Assembly: GCA_963760655.1 (NCBI GenBank)
Contig: CAVXDR010000005.1
Location: 678,345 to 742,344 of the forward strand
Direction: 5' to 3'
Length of the DNA stretch: 64,000 bases
From: an uncultured Actinomycetes bacterium
GTDB taxonomy: Bacteria > Actinomycetota > Thermoleophilia > UBA2241
Part shown: positions 18,647-27,764 of the stretch, piece by piece
Layout: each line of letters starts with the position of its first letter
Numbering within the stretch: the stretch's first letter is position 1
The notes under the pieces: generated by a model
Told to the model about the DNA's origin: nothing
The model's database searches: none
The model's input: only the letters and a program-made list of their open reading frames with translations
Made by a program: the position numbers and the translations under genes

Positions 18647-19684
18647 CTACTGCCGCGTGCGCCGGTCCACCGGACGCTGGCCCGCGGAACCGTCTGACTC
18701 GGTCGGCAGCAGCACCGGCGGCGGGGCCTCGTCGGCGTGCCCGGCCGCTGCCGTCGCGGGGCTCCCGTCGCCGGCGGCCCGTGAGACGGGCAGCAGCTCG
18801 ATGATGAGCGTCCCGCCGAAGATCAGCGAGGCGCCGCTGATCAGCCGCAGCGTGACCGCGTCCATGCCGAAGATCACGCCCGAGACGGCGGCGAACACGC
18901 TCTCGAAGCAGAGCAGCACGGCGGCGTGCGTCGCGGTCGTGTACTGCTGCGCCCACGACTGGATGAAGAACGCGTAGATGGTGCCCGACAGCGCCGTCCA
19001 GACGATCTCGAGCCAGGCCTGCCAGCCGAGCGCCAGCGTGAGGTGGGCCGCGAAGGGCGTGACGGCCGCGAGCAGCACCGTCGAGACGGCCATCTGGGTG
19101 ACGGCCAGGGTCGAGGGCGGCACCCTGGGGGCGAAGAAGCCGGTCGCCATGATGTGCAGCGCGTAGAGCAGCGCGCCGAGCAGCGTGAGGGCGTCGCCCC
19201 AGCTCAGCGTCAGGTTGCCGCGCAGCGACAGGATGCCGAGGCCGGCGGTCGCCACGATCGCGCCGAGCGCCTGGAACCAGCCCGGCGAGCGGCGCGCCAC
19301 GGCCCAGTACAGGAACGGCACCATGGCCACGCTGAGACCGGTGATGAAACCGGACTTTCCCGGCGTCGTGTACTGCAGCCCGATCGTCTGCACGACGAGC
19401 GCCGTGAGGTAGAAGACGGCGAGCAGGCCGCCCATGCTCCACTGCCGGCGAGTGGCGCGCAGCAGCGCCCGCGGCTGGGCGCCCGAGAAGATCACGGTGG
19501 CGACGACGTAGCGGAAGAACAGGTAGAGCAGGGTCGCCGCGACGACGCCCTGGCCCCAGTGGCTCACGGTGTGGGTGAGCCGCTCGGTCACGTTCTTGAT
19601 AACGACGAAGTTGAAGCCCCAGAAGACGGCGACCGAGAACAGCGCGAGGTCGGCGACGAGGACTTTGCGGCGGGCGTTCACCAC
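18647..19684 (-). CDS. EamA/DMT-family transporter
   Basis: FWGFNFVVIK, QTIGLQYTTPGKSGFITGL, GDALTL, QSWAQQYTTATHAAVLLCFESVFA. Confidence 0.9.
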   Translation of the reverse strand: MVNARRKVLVADLALFSVAVFWGFNFVVIKNVTERLTHTVSHWGQGVVAATLLYLFFRYVVATVIFSGAQPRALLRATRRQWSMGGLLAVFYLTALVVQTIGLQYTTPGKSGFITGLSVAMVPFLYWAVARRSPGWFQALGAIVATAGLGILSLRGNLTLSWGDALTLLGALLYALHIMATGFFAPRVPPSTLAVTQMAVSTVLLAAVTPFAAHLTLALGWQAWLEIVWTALSGTIYAFFIQSWAQQYTTATHAAVLLCFESVFAAVSGVIFGMDAVTLRLISGASLIFGGTLIIELLPVSRAAGDGSPATAAAGHADEAPPPVLLPTESDGSAGQRPVDRRTRQ

Positions 19685-19735
19685 CCCATCCTCTCACCGC
19701 CCGCAGGGACGGTCGAGCCGGGCCGGAGGGCACCC

Positions 19736-19813
19736 GGGGGCCGGCGGCACAGTGGACCGGCGGTGTGGGGGGCCGGCGGTGTGGGGGGCCGGCGGTGTGG
19801 GGGGCCGGCGGTG
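19736..19813 (+). repeat. 16-bp G-rich tandem repeat (CCGGCGGTGTGGGGGG, about 3.5 copies)
   Basis: Units start at 19757, 19773, 19789 and 19805 (partial); an extra G5 run lies at 19736-19740. Confidence 0.85.
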
Positions 19814-19862
19814 CGACGGAGGCGCGCGGCGAGGCGCGCCACCCGTGTAGCCGCCCGTGCGC

Positions 19863-20648
19863 TCAGGCGGTGAAGCCGCCGTCGATCAGCCAGGTGCGCC
19901 CCGTCACGAAGCTCGCCTCGTCGCTTACCAAAAAGGCGACCACCGACGCCACCTCGAGCGGCTGCCCGATCCGGCCGAGCGGGTAGTCGTGACCCTGCCA
20001 AGTGGCGTAGGCCTCGGGGTCGGGCGCGTCGGCGATCGCCTTGTGGAGCATGGGCGTGTCGACGACCGCCGGCGACACACTGCAGACCCGCAGCCCGTCG
20101 GGCCCGTGGTCGATCGCCAGGGTGCGGGTGAGCATGATGACGCCGGCCTTCGAGGCGGCGTAGGCGGCCGCCCCGGGCTCGCCGTGAACGCCGGAGTCGC
20201 TTGCGATGTTGACGATCACGCCGGCGTGGCGCGGCACCATGTGGCGCACCGCCTCGCGGCACAGGAAGAACGTGCCCTTGAGGTTGGTGTCCATGAGCTC
20301 GTCGTAGTCGGCCTCGCTCCACTGCACGATCGGCTTCTCGCGCCAGACACCGGCCGAGTTCACGAGGATGTCGAGGTGGCCGTGCTGGGCGACGGCGTCG
20401 GCGAACAGGCGCTCGCAGTCGGCGACTCGCGCGACGTCGCCCACCACCGTCGAGAACTCCGCCGCCGCGAAGCCGGCCTCGCCGGCGAGCTCGGCGGCGC
20501 GCCGCGCCACGTCGTCGCAGCGCCCCTCGTCGCGGCCGCCGACCGCCACCGACACGCCCTCCTGCGCCAGGCGTAGCACGACCGCCTCGCCGAGCCCCGA
20601 CGAGCCGCCGGTGACGAGCGCCCTCTTGCCGGCCAGCCCCTGCAGCAT
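19863..20648 (-). CDS. Short-chain dehydrogenase/reductase
   Basis: TGGSSGLG, LVNSAG, NIAS, YAASK. Start ATG 20648 (MLQGLAGKRA). Confidence 0.92.
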   Translation of the reverse strand: MLQGLAGKRALVTGGSSGLGEAVVLRLAQEGVSVAVGGRDEGRCDDVARRAAELAGEAGFAAAEFSTVVGDVARVADCERLFADAVAQHGHLDILVNSAGVWREKPIVQWSEADYDELMDTNLKGTFFLCREAVRHMVPRHAGVIVNIASDSGVHGEPGAAAYAASKAGVIMLTRTLAIDHGPDGLRVCSVSPAVVDTPMLHKAIADAPDPEAYATWQGHDYPLGRIGQPLEVASVVAFLVSDEASFVTGRTWLIDGGFTA

Positions 20649-20730
20649 CACGTCCCCCTCACGGTCGCTTGATCTGTCGCCGCGGCAGCATATCGCGCCG
20701 CGGCGCCGCGGCGGACATGGGCCGCGACGG

Positions 20731-22125
20731 TCACGACCCGGCCGGCCGGCACCAGCGCAGCGCGCTGCAGGCCACGATCGCCGCCGTGTCGACGAGCTCG
20801 TCGATCGCCACGCACTCGTTGACGGCATGCGCCGTGTACCTGTCGTGCGGTCCGAACGAGAACGTCGGGATGCCGCCGTGCAGGGTGAACGTCGCCGCGT
20901 CGTGCCACGAGTTCAGGCCTCCCGGCCGCGACGGCCGGCCGAGCGCCGCGCCGGCCTCGAGCACGGTGGTAACGAGCGGATGGTCGGCGGGCATCTCGGC
21001 CGGCGGCACCTCCCACTCCCACTCCCAGACGATCGGATGCTCGGCGAGCCACGGGTCGGCCGCGGCGGCCGCGTCGATGCGCCCGCGCAGCTCGGCCTTG
21101 ACCGGCTCGGCGCCGAGCTCGGGGTGCCAATGGGCCGGCAGGTAGTGACAGTCGAGCGTCAGGCGGCAGAAGGCGGGATAGGTCACGTCCCAGGTGCCGC
21201 CCGACACGAGCACCGGCACGACGTCGCCCGGCGCCAGGAAGGGGTGGCGCTGGTCGGCCCGCGAGCGCCACTCGTCGTTCAGGCGGCGCACCTCGGCAAG
21301 CACCGGCAGGAGCTTGTCGATCGCGTTCACAGCGCCGCCGTCGCGCCAGTCGGGCTGCGGCTCCTGCGAGTGGCCCGCGCGGCCCGGGATGGTGAGCCGC
21401 GGCTTGAGGATGCCGCGACAGGCCACCCAGGCCTCGAAGCCGGTGGGCTCGGCGCAGATCCCGGCGTCGGGGCGCAAACTGCGCTCGGCGAACCGGCGCA
21501 CGACCGACCAGCTCCCCATGCCCGACGACTCCTCGTCGGTCACCGCGGCCAACACGACCTCGCCGGCCAGCCGCACGTCGGCGTCGCGCAGCGCCTCGAG
21601 CGCGACCACCAGGGCGGCCAAGCCGCCCTTCATGTCGTTGACGCCGCGGCCGAACAGCAGGCCGTCGCGCTCGACGACCGTGAACGGGTCGCTCGTCCAC
21701 TGCTCGCGCGGCTCCACGTCGACGGCGTCGATGTGGCCGGTCAGCAGCAGGCTGCGGGCGGGGCGGCCGCCGGGGCCGCCCGCCAGGCGAGCGACCAGTT
21801 GCGGCCGCCCCACGAAGTCGAGCCCGGGCGGCACGAACAGCCCGCCCTCGCCGGTCGGCTCGGGCTCCCACAGGTCGATCTCGGCGCCGAGTGCGGCGAG
21901 GCGCGCCGCGAGCAGCTCCTGCAGCCTGACCTCGTCGCGCGGCGGCGCGCCCGCGTCGCGCGCCGTCGTGTCGCAGGCGACGAGCGCAGCGGTGAGAGCG
22001 ACGAGCTCGGCGCGGCGCGCGCGCACGGCAGCCGTCACCCGCTCCTCGAGGCTCGCGAGCGTGCGGTCTGCGCCGGCCGCGCCGGCGCGCTTGCCGGGCA
22101 CACCTTCTCGGTCCGACCCGCTCAT
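20731..22125 (-). CDS. M20 ArgE/DapE-family deacylase (paralog 2)
   Basis: GHIDAVD, GRGVNDMKGG, DEESSG, ICAEPT, GRAGHS, AHAVNE. ATG 22125 overlaps the upstream stop (ATGA). Confidence 0.9.
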   Translation of the reverse strand: MSGSDREGVPGKRAGAAGADRTLASLEERVTAAVRARRAELVALTAALVACDTTARDAGAPPRDEVRLQELLAARLAALGAEIDLWEPEPTGEGGLFVPPGLDFVGRPQLVARLAGGPGGRPARSLLLTGHIDAVDVEPREQWTSDPFTVVERDGLLFGRGVNDMKGGLAALVVALEALRDADVRLAGEVVLAAVTDEESSGMGSWSVVRRFAERSLRPDAGICAEPTGFEAWVACRGILKPRLTIPGRAGHSQEPQPDWRDGGAVNAIDKLLPVLAEVRRLNDEWRSRADQRHPFLAPGDVVPVLVSGGTWDVTYPAFCRLTLDCHYLPAHWHPELGAEPVKAELRGRIDAAAAADPWLAEHPIVWEWEWEVPPAEMPADHPLVTTVLEAGAALGRPSRPGGLNSWHDAATFTLHGGIPTFSFGPHDRYTAHAVNECVAIDELVDTAAIVACSALRWCRPAGS

Positions 22126-23435
22126 CGCGCCACCCCACACCAGCGCATGGCGGTCACGGCGACCGCCGCGCAGAAGTCGACGAGGGCGTCGACGGTCACG
22201 CACTCGTTCACCGCGTGGGCCGTGCCGATGCCGTCGGGACCGAACGAGAAGCAGGGCGTGCCGGCCCGCGTGAAGGTCGCGGCGTCGTGCCACGAGTCGA
22301 GCCCCGCGACGCGCCCCTCGCGACCCAAGCCACGAGCCGCCTCGAGGGCGATCGCCACGAGCGGGTGGTCGCCGGGGATCTCGGCCGGCACTACGTCCTC
22401 GCTCCAGTCGAAGCGCAGCGGGTGCTCGGCGAACCAGGGGTCGGCGGCCACGGCCGCCCGCAGCCGCCGGGTGACCTCGTCCTCGACGGCGCGGCCGCTG
22501 CCCTGCGCGTCGACATGGCCGGGCAGGTAGGTGATGTCGCAGGTGAGCGCGCAGGCGTGCGGGTAGGTGACCACCCAGGTGCCGCCGCCGATCACTACCG
22601 GCACGATGTCGCCGGGCGCGAGCAGCGGGTGGCGGTGGTCGGCGCGCGTGCGCCAGTCGTCTCGTAGGCCACGCACGCCGTCGAGCACGAGCGCCATCTT
22701 CTCGATCGCGTTCACCGCGCCGCCGTCGCGCCAGTGCGGCTGCGGCATCTCGGCGTGGCCGGCGCGTCCCTCGACCGTGATCGTCGGCGTGACCGTGCCA
22801 CGGCAGGCCACCCAGGCGTCGAAGTCGGTACCCTCGGCGCAGATGCCGGCGTCGGCGGCCACGCCGTGGGCCACGGCCGCGCGGCCGCCGGCGCCGCTCG
22901 ACTCCTCATCGGTCACGGTACAGAGCACGACGTCGCCGGCCAGGCGTACGCCGGCCCGCCGCAGGCACTCGAGGGCCAGGACCAGGGCGGCGATGCCGCC
23001 CTTCATGTCGGTGACGCCGCGGCCGTACAGGCGGCCGTCGCGCTCGGCGACGACGAAGGGGTCGCTCGTCCACTGGTCGCGCGGTTCGACATCGACCGCG
23101 TCGATGTGGCCGTTCAGCAGCAGGCTGCGACCGCCGCCCCGACCCGCCAGGCGGGCGGCGAGCTGCGGGCGGCCGGCGAAGTCGAGGTCGTCGGGCACGA
23201 AGCGGTTGCCCGTGCCGGTGGGCTCCGGCTCCCACACGTCGGTCGCCGCGCCCAGGGCGGCAAGCCGCGCGGCGAGGAGCCCCTGGAGCGCGGCCTCGTC
23301 GCGGGCCGGGTCGCCCGGCAGCCGCGCCGTGGTGTCGAAGGCGACGAGCTGCGCGACGAGGTCGCACAGCTCGTCGCGCCGCCCCCGGACCTCGGCGATG
23401 ACCTGGTGCTCGAGCTCGCTGCTCCCCGCGTCCAC
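22122..23435 (-). CDS. M20 ArgE/DapE-family deacylase (paralog 1)
   Basis: NGHIDAVD, GRGVTDMKGG, DEESSG, GRAGHA, AHAVNE. Likely GTG start at 23435 with GAGG. Confidence 0.9.
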   Translation of the reverse strand: MDAGSSELEHQVIAEVRGRRDELCDLVAQLVAFDTTARLPGDPARDEAALQGLLAARLAALGAATDVWEPEPTGTGNRFVPDDLDFAGRPQLAARLAGRGGGRSLLLNGHIDAVDVEPRDQWTSDPFVVAERDGRLYGRGVTDMKGGIAALVLALECLRRAGVRLAGDVVLCTVTDEESSGAGGRAAVAHGVAADAGICAEGTDFDAWVACRGTVTPTITVEGRAGHAEMPQPHWRDGGAVNAIEKMALVLDGVRGLRDDWRTRADHRHPLLAPGDIVPVVIGGGTWVVTYPHACALTCDITYLPGHVDAQGSGRAVEDEVTRRLRAAVAADPWFAEHPLRFDWSEDVVPAEIPGDHPLVAIALEAARGLGREGRVAGLDSWHDAATFTRAGTPCFSFGPDGIGTAHAVNECVTVDALVDFCAAVAVTAMRWCGVAR

Positions 23436-23639
23436 GATGCCTCGTTTCGCTCGTGACCGGCGCATGGCGGGGGCGCCCTCGTGCGCGCCCGCCGCGCGCC
23501 GCTCGTTGCCGGCCGACCCGCAGACTTCAGATTCTACGACGCGGCCGTCCCCCTCCCGAGCCGGCGCGCCACCGTTGCGGCCCGCCGCGCCTGCGATAAG
23601 CTAGCCTGGCCAGGCTCCCGCGCCTCCAGGAGGTCGCCG

Positions 23640-24041
23640 ATGTCCGCCGACGAGCGGTCCAAGAGAATCCGGGTCATCAGGCCCGCCGACGTGCGCTGGG
23701 ACGAGGCCATGGTGGGCCCCGAAGAGAAGGACCCGCCCGGCCAGGAGTGCGTCGCGGCGCAATCCGGCGACGAGCGCTTCAGCTGCGGCCTCTGGCAGCG
23801 CGAGGTGCAGCGCCGCTATTTCGAGCGCCCCTACCACGAGATCGCCTACATCCTCGAGGGCGAGGTCGAGGTGACCGACGACGACGGCAACGTGGTCACG
23901 GCCGGCCCGGGCGACATCCTCATCACCCCGAAGGGCAGCAAGGGCTTCTGGAAGAACCTCGGGCCGGTCAAGAAGTTCTGGACGATCTACGACGATCCGG
24001 CCGCCGACCTCGAGGCCTATCTGGGACCCGGCGAGTTCTGA
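23640..24041 (+). CDS. Cupin-domain protein (Cupin_3/EutQ-like)
   Basis: FSCGLW, EIAYILEGEVEVTD..G......GPGDILITPKG..G.W. ATG 23640 with SD AGGAGG. Confidence 0.85.
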   Translation: MSADERSKRIRVIRPADVRWDEAMVGPEEKDPPGQECVAAQSGDERFSCGLWQREVQRRYFERPYHEIAYILEGEVEVTDDDGNVVTAGPGDILITPKGSKGFWKNLGPVKKFWTIYDDPAADLEAYLGPGEF

Positions 24042-24055
24042 GAGAGCGAGACGCC

Positions 24056-24859
24056 GTGGCGCCGGAGGGCACGCCCGTGGAGCCGCCGCTCGTGACGCCG
24101 GTCGGCCTGCCGCTGCCCGACGTCGCCCCGGCGCTGCCCGGCCGCACCGTCGTGCTGCGCCCGCCGCAGCCCGCCGACGTGGGCGTGGTCGCCCGCCTGG
24201 GCGTCGACCCGATCATCGAGCGCTTCTTCGGCGTCGAGGGCGTCGTGCGCCGCGGGCTCACATCGCGCGAGGCCCAGGCCGCGCTCGCTCGGCTCGGCGG
24301 CCACGAGGGCACGCAGGGCTGGGTGATAGAGCACCACGAGCGGCTCGTCGGCCTGGCCCGGCTGTTCGCCGTCGACCCGCACGAGCGCCACGCGCGCTAC
24401 GCGGTGACGCTGCTGTCGCGCGAGTGGCTCGGCCGCGGCCTCGGCGCCGAGACGACCCGGCTCGTGCTGACCTACGCGTTCGCCGTGCTCGGCCTGCACC
24501 ACGTCACGGCGCGCGTGCTCGACTTCAACGCCCGCGCCCTGGCCTGCCTGCGGACCTGCGGCTTCGTCGAGGAAGGTCGCGAGCGCGAGGCCGTGCCGTT
24601 CGAGGGGAGCTGGCACGACCTCGTCGTCGTGGGAGTGCTCGACCGGGAGTTCGCCGCCCTGGCCGCGGCGCGACCGGAGTGCGCCATGCTGTCGCCGCTC
24701 TCGAGGCTCGTGCGCGACGAGCTCGCCGGAGCCGCCGGCCTATCGCACCCGCACCCGAAAGCGCCGCACGCCCGCCCCGCCGTGACGATCGGAGACGCGC
24801 ACGGTCACCGTGAAGACGCCGTCGCGGCGGAACACGTGCCCCGCCCAGAAGGCGCGTGA
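24056..24859 (+). CDS. GNAT acetyltransferase, RimJ/RimL-like
   Basis: VVLRP, LGRGLGAETTRLVLTYAF..LGLH, VLDFNARALAC..CGFVEEGRERE. The C-terminal tail overlaps the convergent gene; start uncertain. Confidence 0.8.
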   Translation: MAPEGTPVEPPLVTPVGLPLPDVAPALPGRTVVLRPPQPADVGVVARLGVDPIIERFFGVEGVVRRGLTSREAQAALARLGGHEGTQGWVIEHHERLVGLARLFAVDPHERHARYAVTLLSREWLGRGLGAETTRLVLTYAFAVLGLHHVTARVLDFNARALACLRTCGFVEEGREREAVPFEGSWHDLVVVGVLDREFAALAAARPECAMLSPLSRLVRDELAGAAGLSHPHPKAPHARPAVTIGDAHGHREDAVAAEHVPRPEGA

Positions 24860-26272
24860 ACGGAGGGTGGGGCGACGGCTCTGCGTCCCGTCGCCCCACA
24901 CGACCGTCGCCCGCCACGGACCGGTGCCGGGGTCTGTGAAGGCGATCCGGCGCCTGAAGGCGATGCCGCGGCGGGCGACGCCGCTGCGCTGCGCGGCGAT
25001 GCGCGGCGCCACGTTGCGCACGGTCACAAGGAAGCGTGTCGTGCCCGACGTGCCGCCGCTCACGCGCACCGTCACCGCGACCACATAGGCGCCGGCGGCG
25101 GCGTAGCGATGCGACAGGGCGAAGCTGTGGTCGTTCAGGGTCAGCGCCGCGGCACCGCTCCCGTCGCCGTAGTCGACCGTCGCGGTCCAGGCGGCGTCAG
25201 CCGCGGTCTCGTCGACGAACGAGCCGGCGCGGGCCAGGCTCTGGCCCTCGCGAAGCGTCGCGTCGCCGCCGGCGTCGACGACGAGCGCCCCGGGCTCGAG
25301 GTAGCGGCTGTCGACGACCTCGAAGTCGCTGCCTTTCACCTGCGAGAGCTCATGCAGGTCGTCATCGCTCCAGCGCGGGTCGGGGGCGCCCGACACGTAC
25401 CAGTCCGAGCCGTTGTCGGCCACCATCATGCCGTAGGTCTTGAGCGCCTGCAGGATCACCTGCACCTCGGGTGAGAAGCCCGAGATGTCGAAGCTCGCCT
25501 TGAGCCGCACGCGCAGGCCCATGGGCGGCAGGTCGGGGTCGGTCGAGTCGCTCGCGTAGTGGCGGGCCGGGTAGATGTAGGCCTTCTGCGTGCGGGCGAC
25601 GGTGAAGCGCAGCGCATGATCGATCGCCCCGTCGGTCACAGCCTCGTCATAGCGCACGAGGCCGGGCAGGATCGGCAGGCCGGCGGCGTCGGCCGACGTC
25701 CAGCCGGCCGGCCGCAGGGCGTTCGTGCCCAGGTCGAACACCGCGCCCGAGCCGGCGTGCCAGCTCCCGTCGGCCTGTGGCCAGGCGTCGTAGAGCTCGT
25801 AGAGCACCTGATGGTCCACGTCGAGCACGAGCACGTGGCGATCGCCGTCGCTCGACGCGCCGCCTTCGATGGGAGCGTCGGAGGGGATCGGGTACGGGCC
25901 GGGGTCGCTCTCGTCGGCGTAGTCGAAGGTGACCGGGACCTTCGCCTGCGTGCCCGATACGCACACGTACGGGATGCCGTTGGGAGCGCCGTCCCACGTC
26001 GTGCCGAAATCGGCGTGGAGGCCGGTGTCGAGGCCGATGCTGCGCAGGTAGGCGGCCGAGTCGGGGTCGACCGGCAGCGTGTCGACCGGCGTGTTCCAGG
26101 GGTTGTCGGACGGAAAGAGCGGGAACGGGATGGCCACGTTCGGGCCGAGCACGTCGGCGGCGGCGGCGGGCGCCCGCCACACCAGGCCCGCGGCGAGCGG
26201 CATCACCGCCAGCAGCACAAGGACGGCCGCCCAGCCGCCCAGGCTCGCGCAGACCCCTCTCCGACCCCTCAC
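24740..26272 (-). CDS. Secreted protein: conserved-looking domain of unknown function plus C-terminal PKD/Ig-like repeats
   Basis: Signal peptide ending AAAA-D; core FPSDNPWN..PYPIP..GDRH..SADAAGLP..IDHALRFT..YGMMVADNGS; PKD-like WTATVDYGDG and WRATVVWGDG. Confidence 0.75.
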   Translation of the reverse strand: MRGRRGVCASLGGWAAVLVLLAVMPLAAGLVWRAPAAAADVLGPNVAIPFPLFPSDNPWNTPVDTLPVDPDSAAYLRSIGLDTGLHADFGTTWDGAPNGIPYVCVSGTQAKVPVTFDYADESDPGPYPIPSDAPIEGGASSDGDRHVLVLDVDHQVLYELYDAWPQADGSWHAGSGAVFDLGTNALRPAGWTSADAAGLPILPGLVRYDEAVTDGAIDHALRFTVARTQKAYIYPARHYASDSTDPDLPPMGLRVRLKASFDISGFSPEVQVILQALKTYGMMVADNGSDWYVSGAPDPRWSDDDLHELSQVKGSDFEVVDSRYLEPGALVVDAGGDATLREGQSLARAGSFVDETAADAAWTATVDYGDGSGAAALTLNDHSFALSHRYAAAGAYVVAVTVRVSGGTSGTTRFLVTVRNVAPRIAAQRSGVARRGIAFRRRIAFTDPGTGPWRATVVWGDGTQSRRPTLRSRAFWAGHVFRRDGVFTVTVRVSDRHGGAGVRRFRVRVR

Positions 26273-26380
26273 TGCCGACCTCCTCCTCGCCGACGCCCTC
26301 GTCGCCGGTATCGACCGGACCCGCCCCGCGGCTTACCGGCCGGCGTAGACCGTTCTGGCTATCGTTGTAGCATCACGGCC

Positions 26381-27631
26381 ATGGAAAAGAACGAGTCAGC
26401 GCGTCCGGCGACCCTCGGCCGGCGACTGCGAGCGCTGCCGGCGAACGTCGTCGCGCTCGGTGTGGTCAGCCTGGTGGCCGACCTGAGCACCGAGATGATC
26501 TACCCGGTCTTCCCGGGCTTCGTGACGAAGACCCTGGGCGCGTCGGCGGCGGTGCTCGGCCTGATCGAGGGCACCGCCGAGGGCACCGCCAGCGTCACGC
26601 GTTACCCTTTCGGCCGGCTCTCCGACGCGCGCGGCCGGCGGCGGCGCTTCGTGCTCGGCGGCTACGGCCTGGCGGCGCTCGGCAAGCTGGTGCTCGCGCT
26701 CGCCTTCCTGTGGCCGGTCGCGCTTGGCGGCCGTTTCCTCGACCGCCTCGGCAAGGGCATGCGCACGGCGCCACGCGACGCGCTGCTCGCCGCCGACGTC
26801 CGCGACGCCGACCGCGGCCTCGCGTTCGGCCTGCACCGCACCATGGACACGCTGGGCGCGGTCGTCGGCCCGCTGGCCACCCTGCTCCTGCTCCACCTCG
26901 GGGTGTCGCTGCGCTGGGTCTTCGCGCTCGCTGTGGTGCCCGGCGCCCTGAGCGTGCTCGTCATCTGGCGCAGCGTGCGCGAGCGCGCGCCGCGCGACCC
27001 GGCGGGCGCGGCCGGCGCCGCGGCGCCGGCCGCGCCCGCCGCTCGCCCACCGATCAGGCTGCCGGCGTCGCCACGCTTCCGCCGCCTGCTGCTGGCCTCG
27101 CTCGTCTTTGCGGTGGGCAACTCGAGCAACGCCTTCATCCTGCTCAAGGCGTCGCAGGTGGGTTTCAGCGCAAAGACCGGCGTGATCCTCGTCTACGTGC
27201 TCTACAACCTGACCTACGCTGCCGGCTCGCTGCCGCTCGGCGACCTGTCCGACCGTGTGGGCCAGCTCCCCGTCGTGGCCGGCGGCTTCGTCGTGTTCGC
27301 CGCGGTCTACGCCGGTCTCGCCGCGGCTCACTCCATGGCGGTCGTCGCCGCGCTCTTCGCCGTCTACGGCCTCTACATAGCCGCGACCGAGGGCACGACC
27401 AAGGCGCTCATCAGCCGCACCGCGCCCGATGCCGAGCGCGCCTCGGCCATGGGCTTCTTCGACACCGCGGTCGGCGTCGCGGGCTTCGCAGCGAGCGGTC
27501 TCGGCGGCGTGCTCTGGGTGGCGATCGGGCCCTGGGCCACCTTCACCTTCGGCGCGGCAACGGCAGTGGTCGCTGCCGCGCTCCTGCTGCTCTTCTCGCG
27601 AGGGTTGCAGGGCCGCCCGCAGAACGTCTGA
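26381..27631 (+). CDS. MFS transporter, probably leaderless
   Basis: DLSTEMIYP, GRLSDARGRRR, DRLGKGMRTAPRDALLA, FGLHRTMDTLGA, GDLSDRVG. TAGCAT lies 7 nt before ATG 26381. Confidence 0.92.
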   Translation: MEKNESARPATLGRRLRALPANVVALGVVSLVADLSTEMIYPVFPGFVTKTLGASAAVLGLIEGTAEGTASVTRYPFGRLSDARGRRRRFVLGGYGLAALGKLVLALAFLWPVALGGRFLDRLGKGMRTAPRDALLAADVRDADRGLAFGLHRTMDTLGAVVGPLATLLLLHLGVSLRWVFALAVVPGALSVLVIWRSVRERAPRDPAGAAGAAAPAAPAARPPIRLPASPRFRRLLLASLVFAVGNSSNAFILLKASQVGFSAKTGVILVYVLYNLTYAAGSLPLGDLSDRVGQLPVVAGGFVVFAAVYAGLAAAHSMAVVAALFAVYGLYIAATEGTTKALISRTAPDAERASAMGFFDTAVGVAGFAASGLGGVLWVAIGPWATFTFGAATAVVAAALLLLFSRGLQGRPQNV

Positions 27632-27764
27632 GGCGGAGACGACGCAGAGACGAGGGGCAGAGCCGAGAGCGCCGGGCGACCGGCGCCTGCGACGGCGCGC
27701 CGCGGTGACGGCCCGCCGCCGCCGCTGGTCCCGTGACTCGACGGACGAACGAGGAGAGGGCGCC

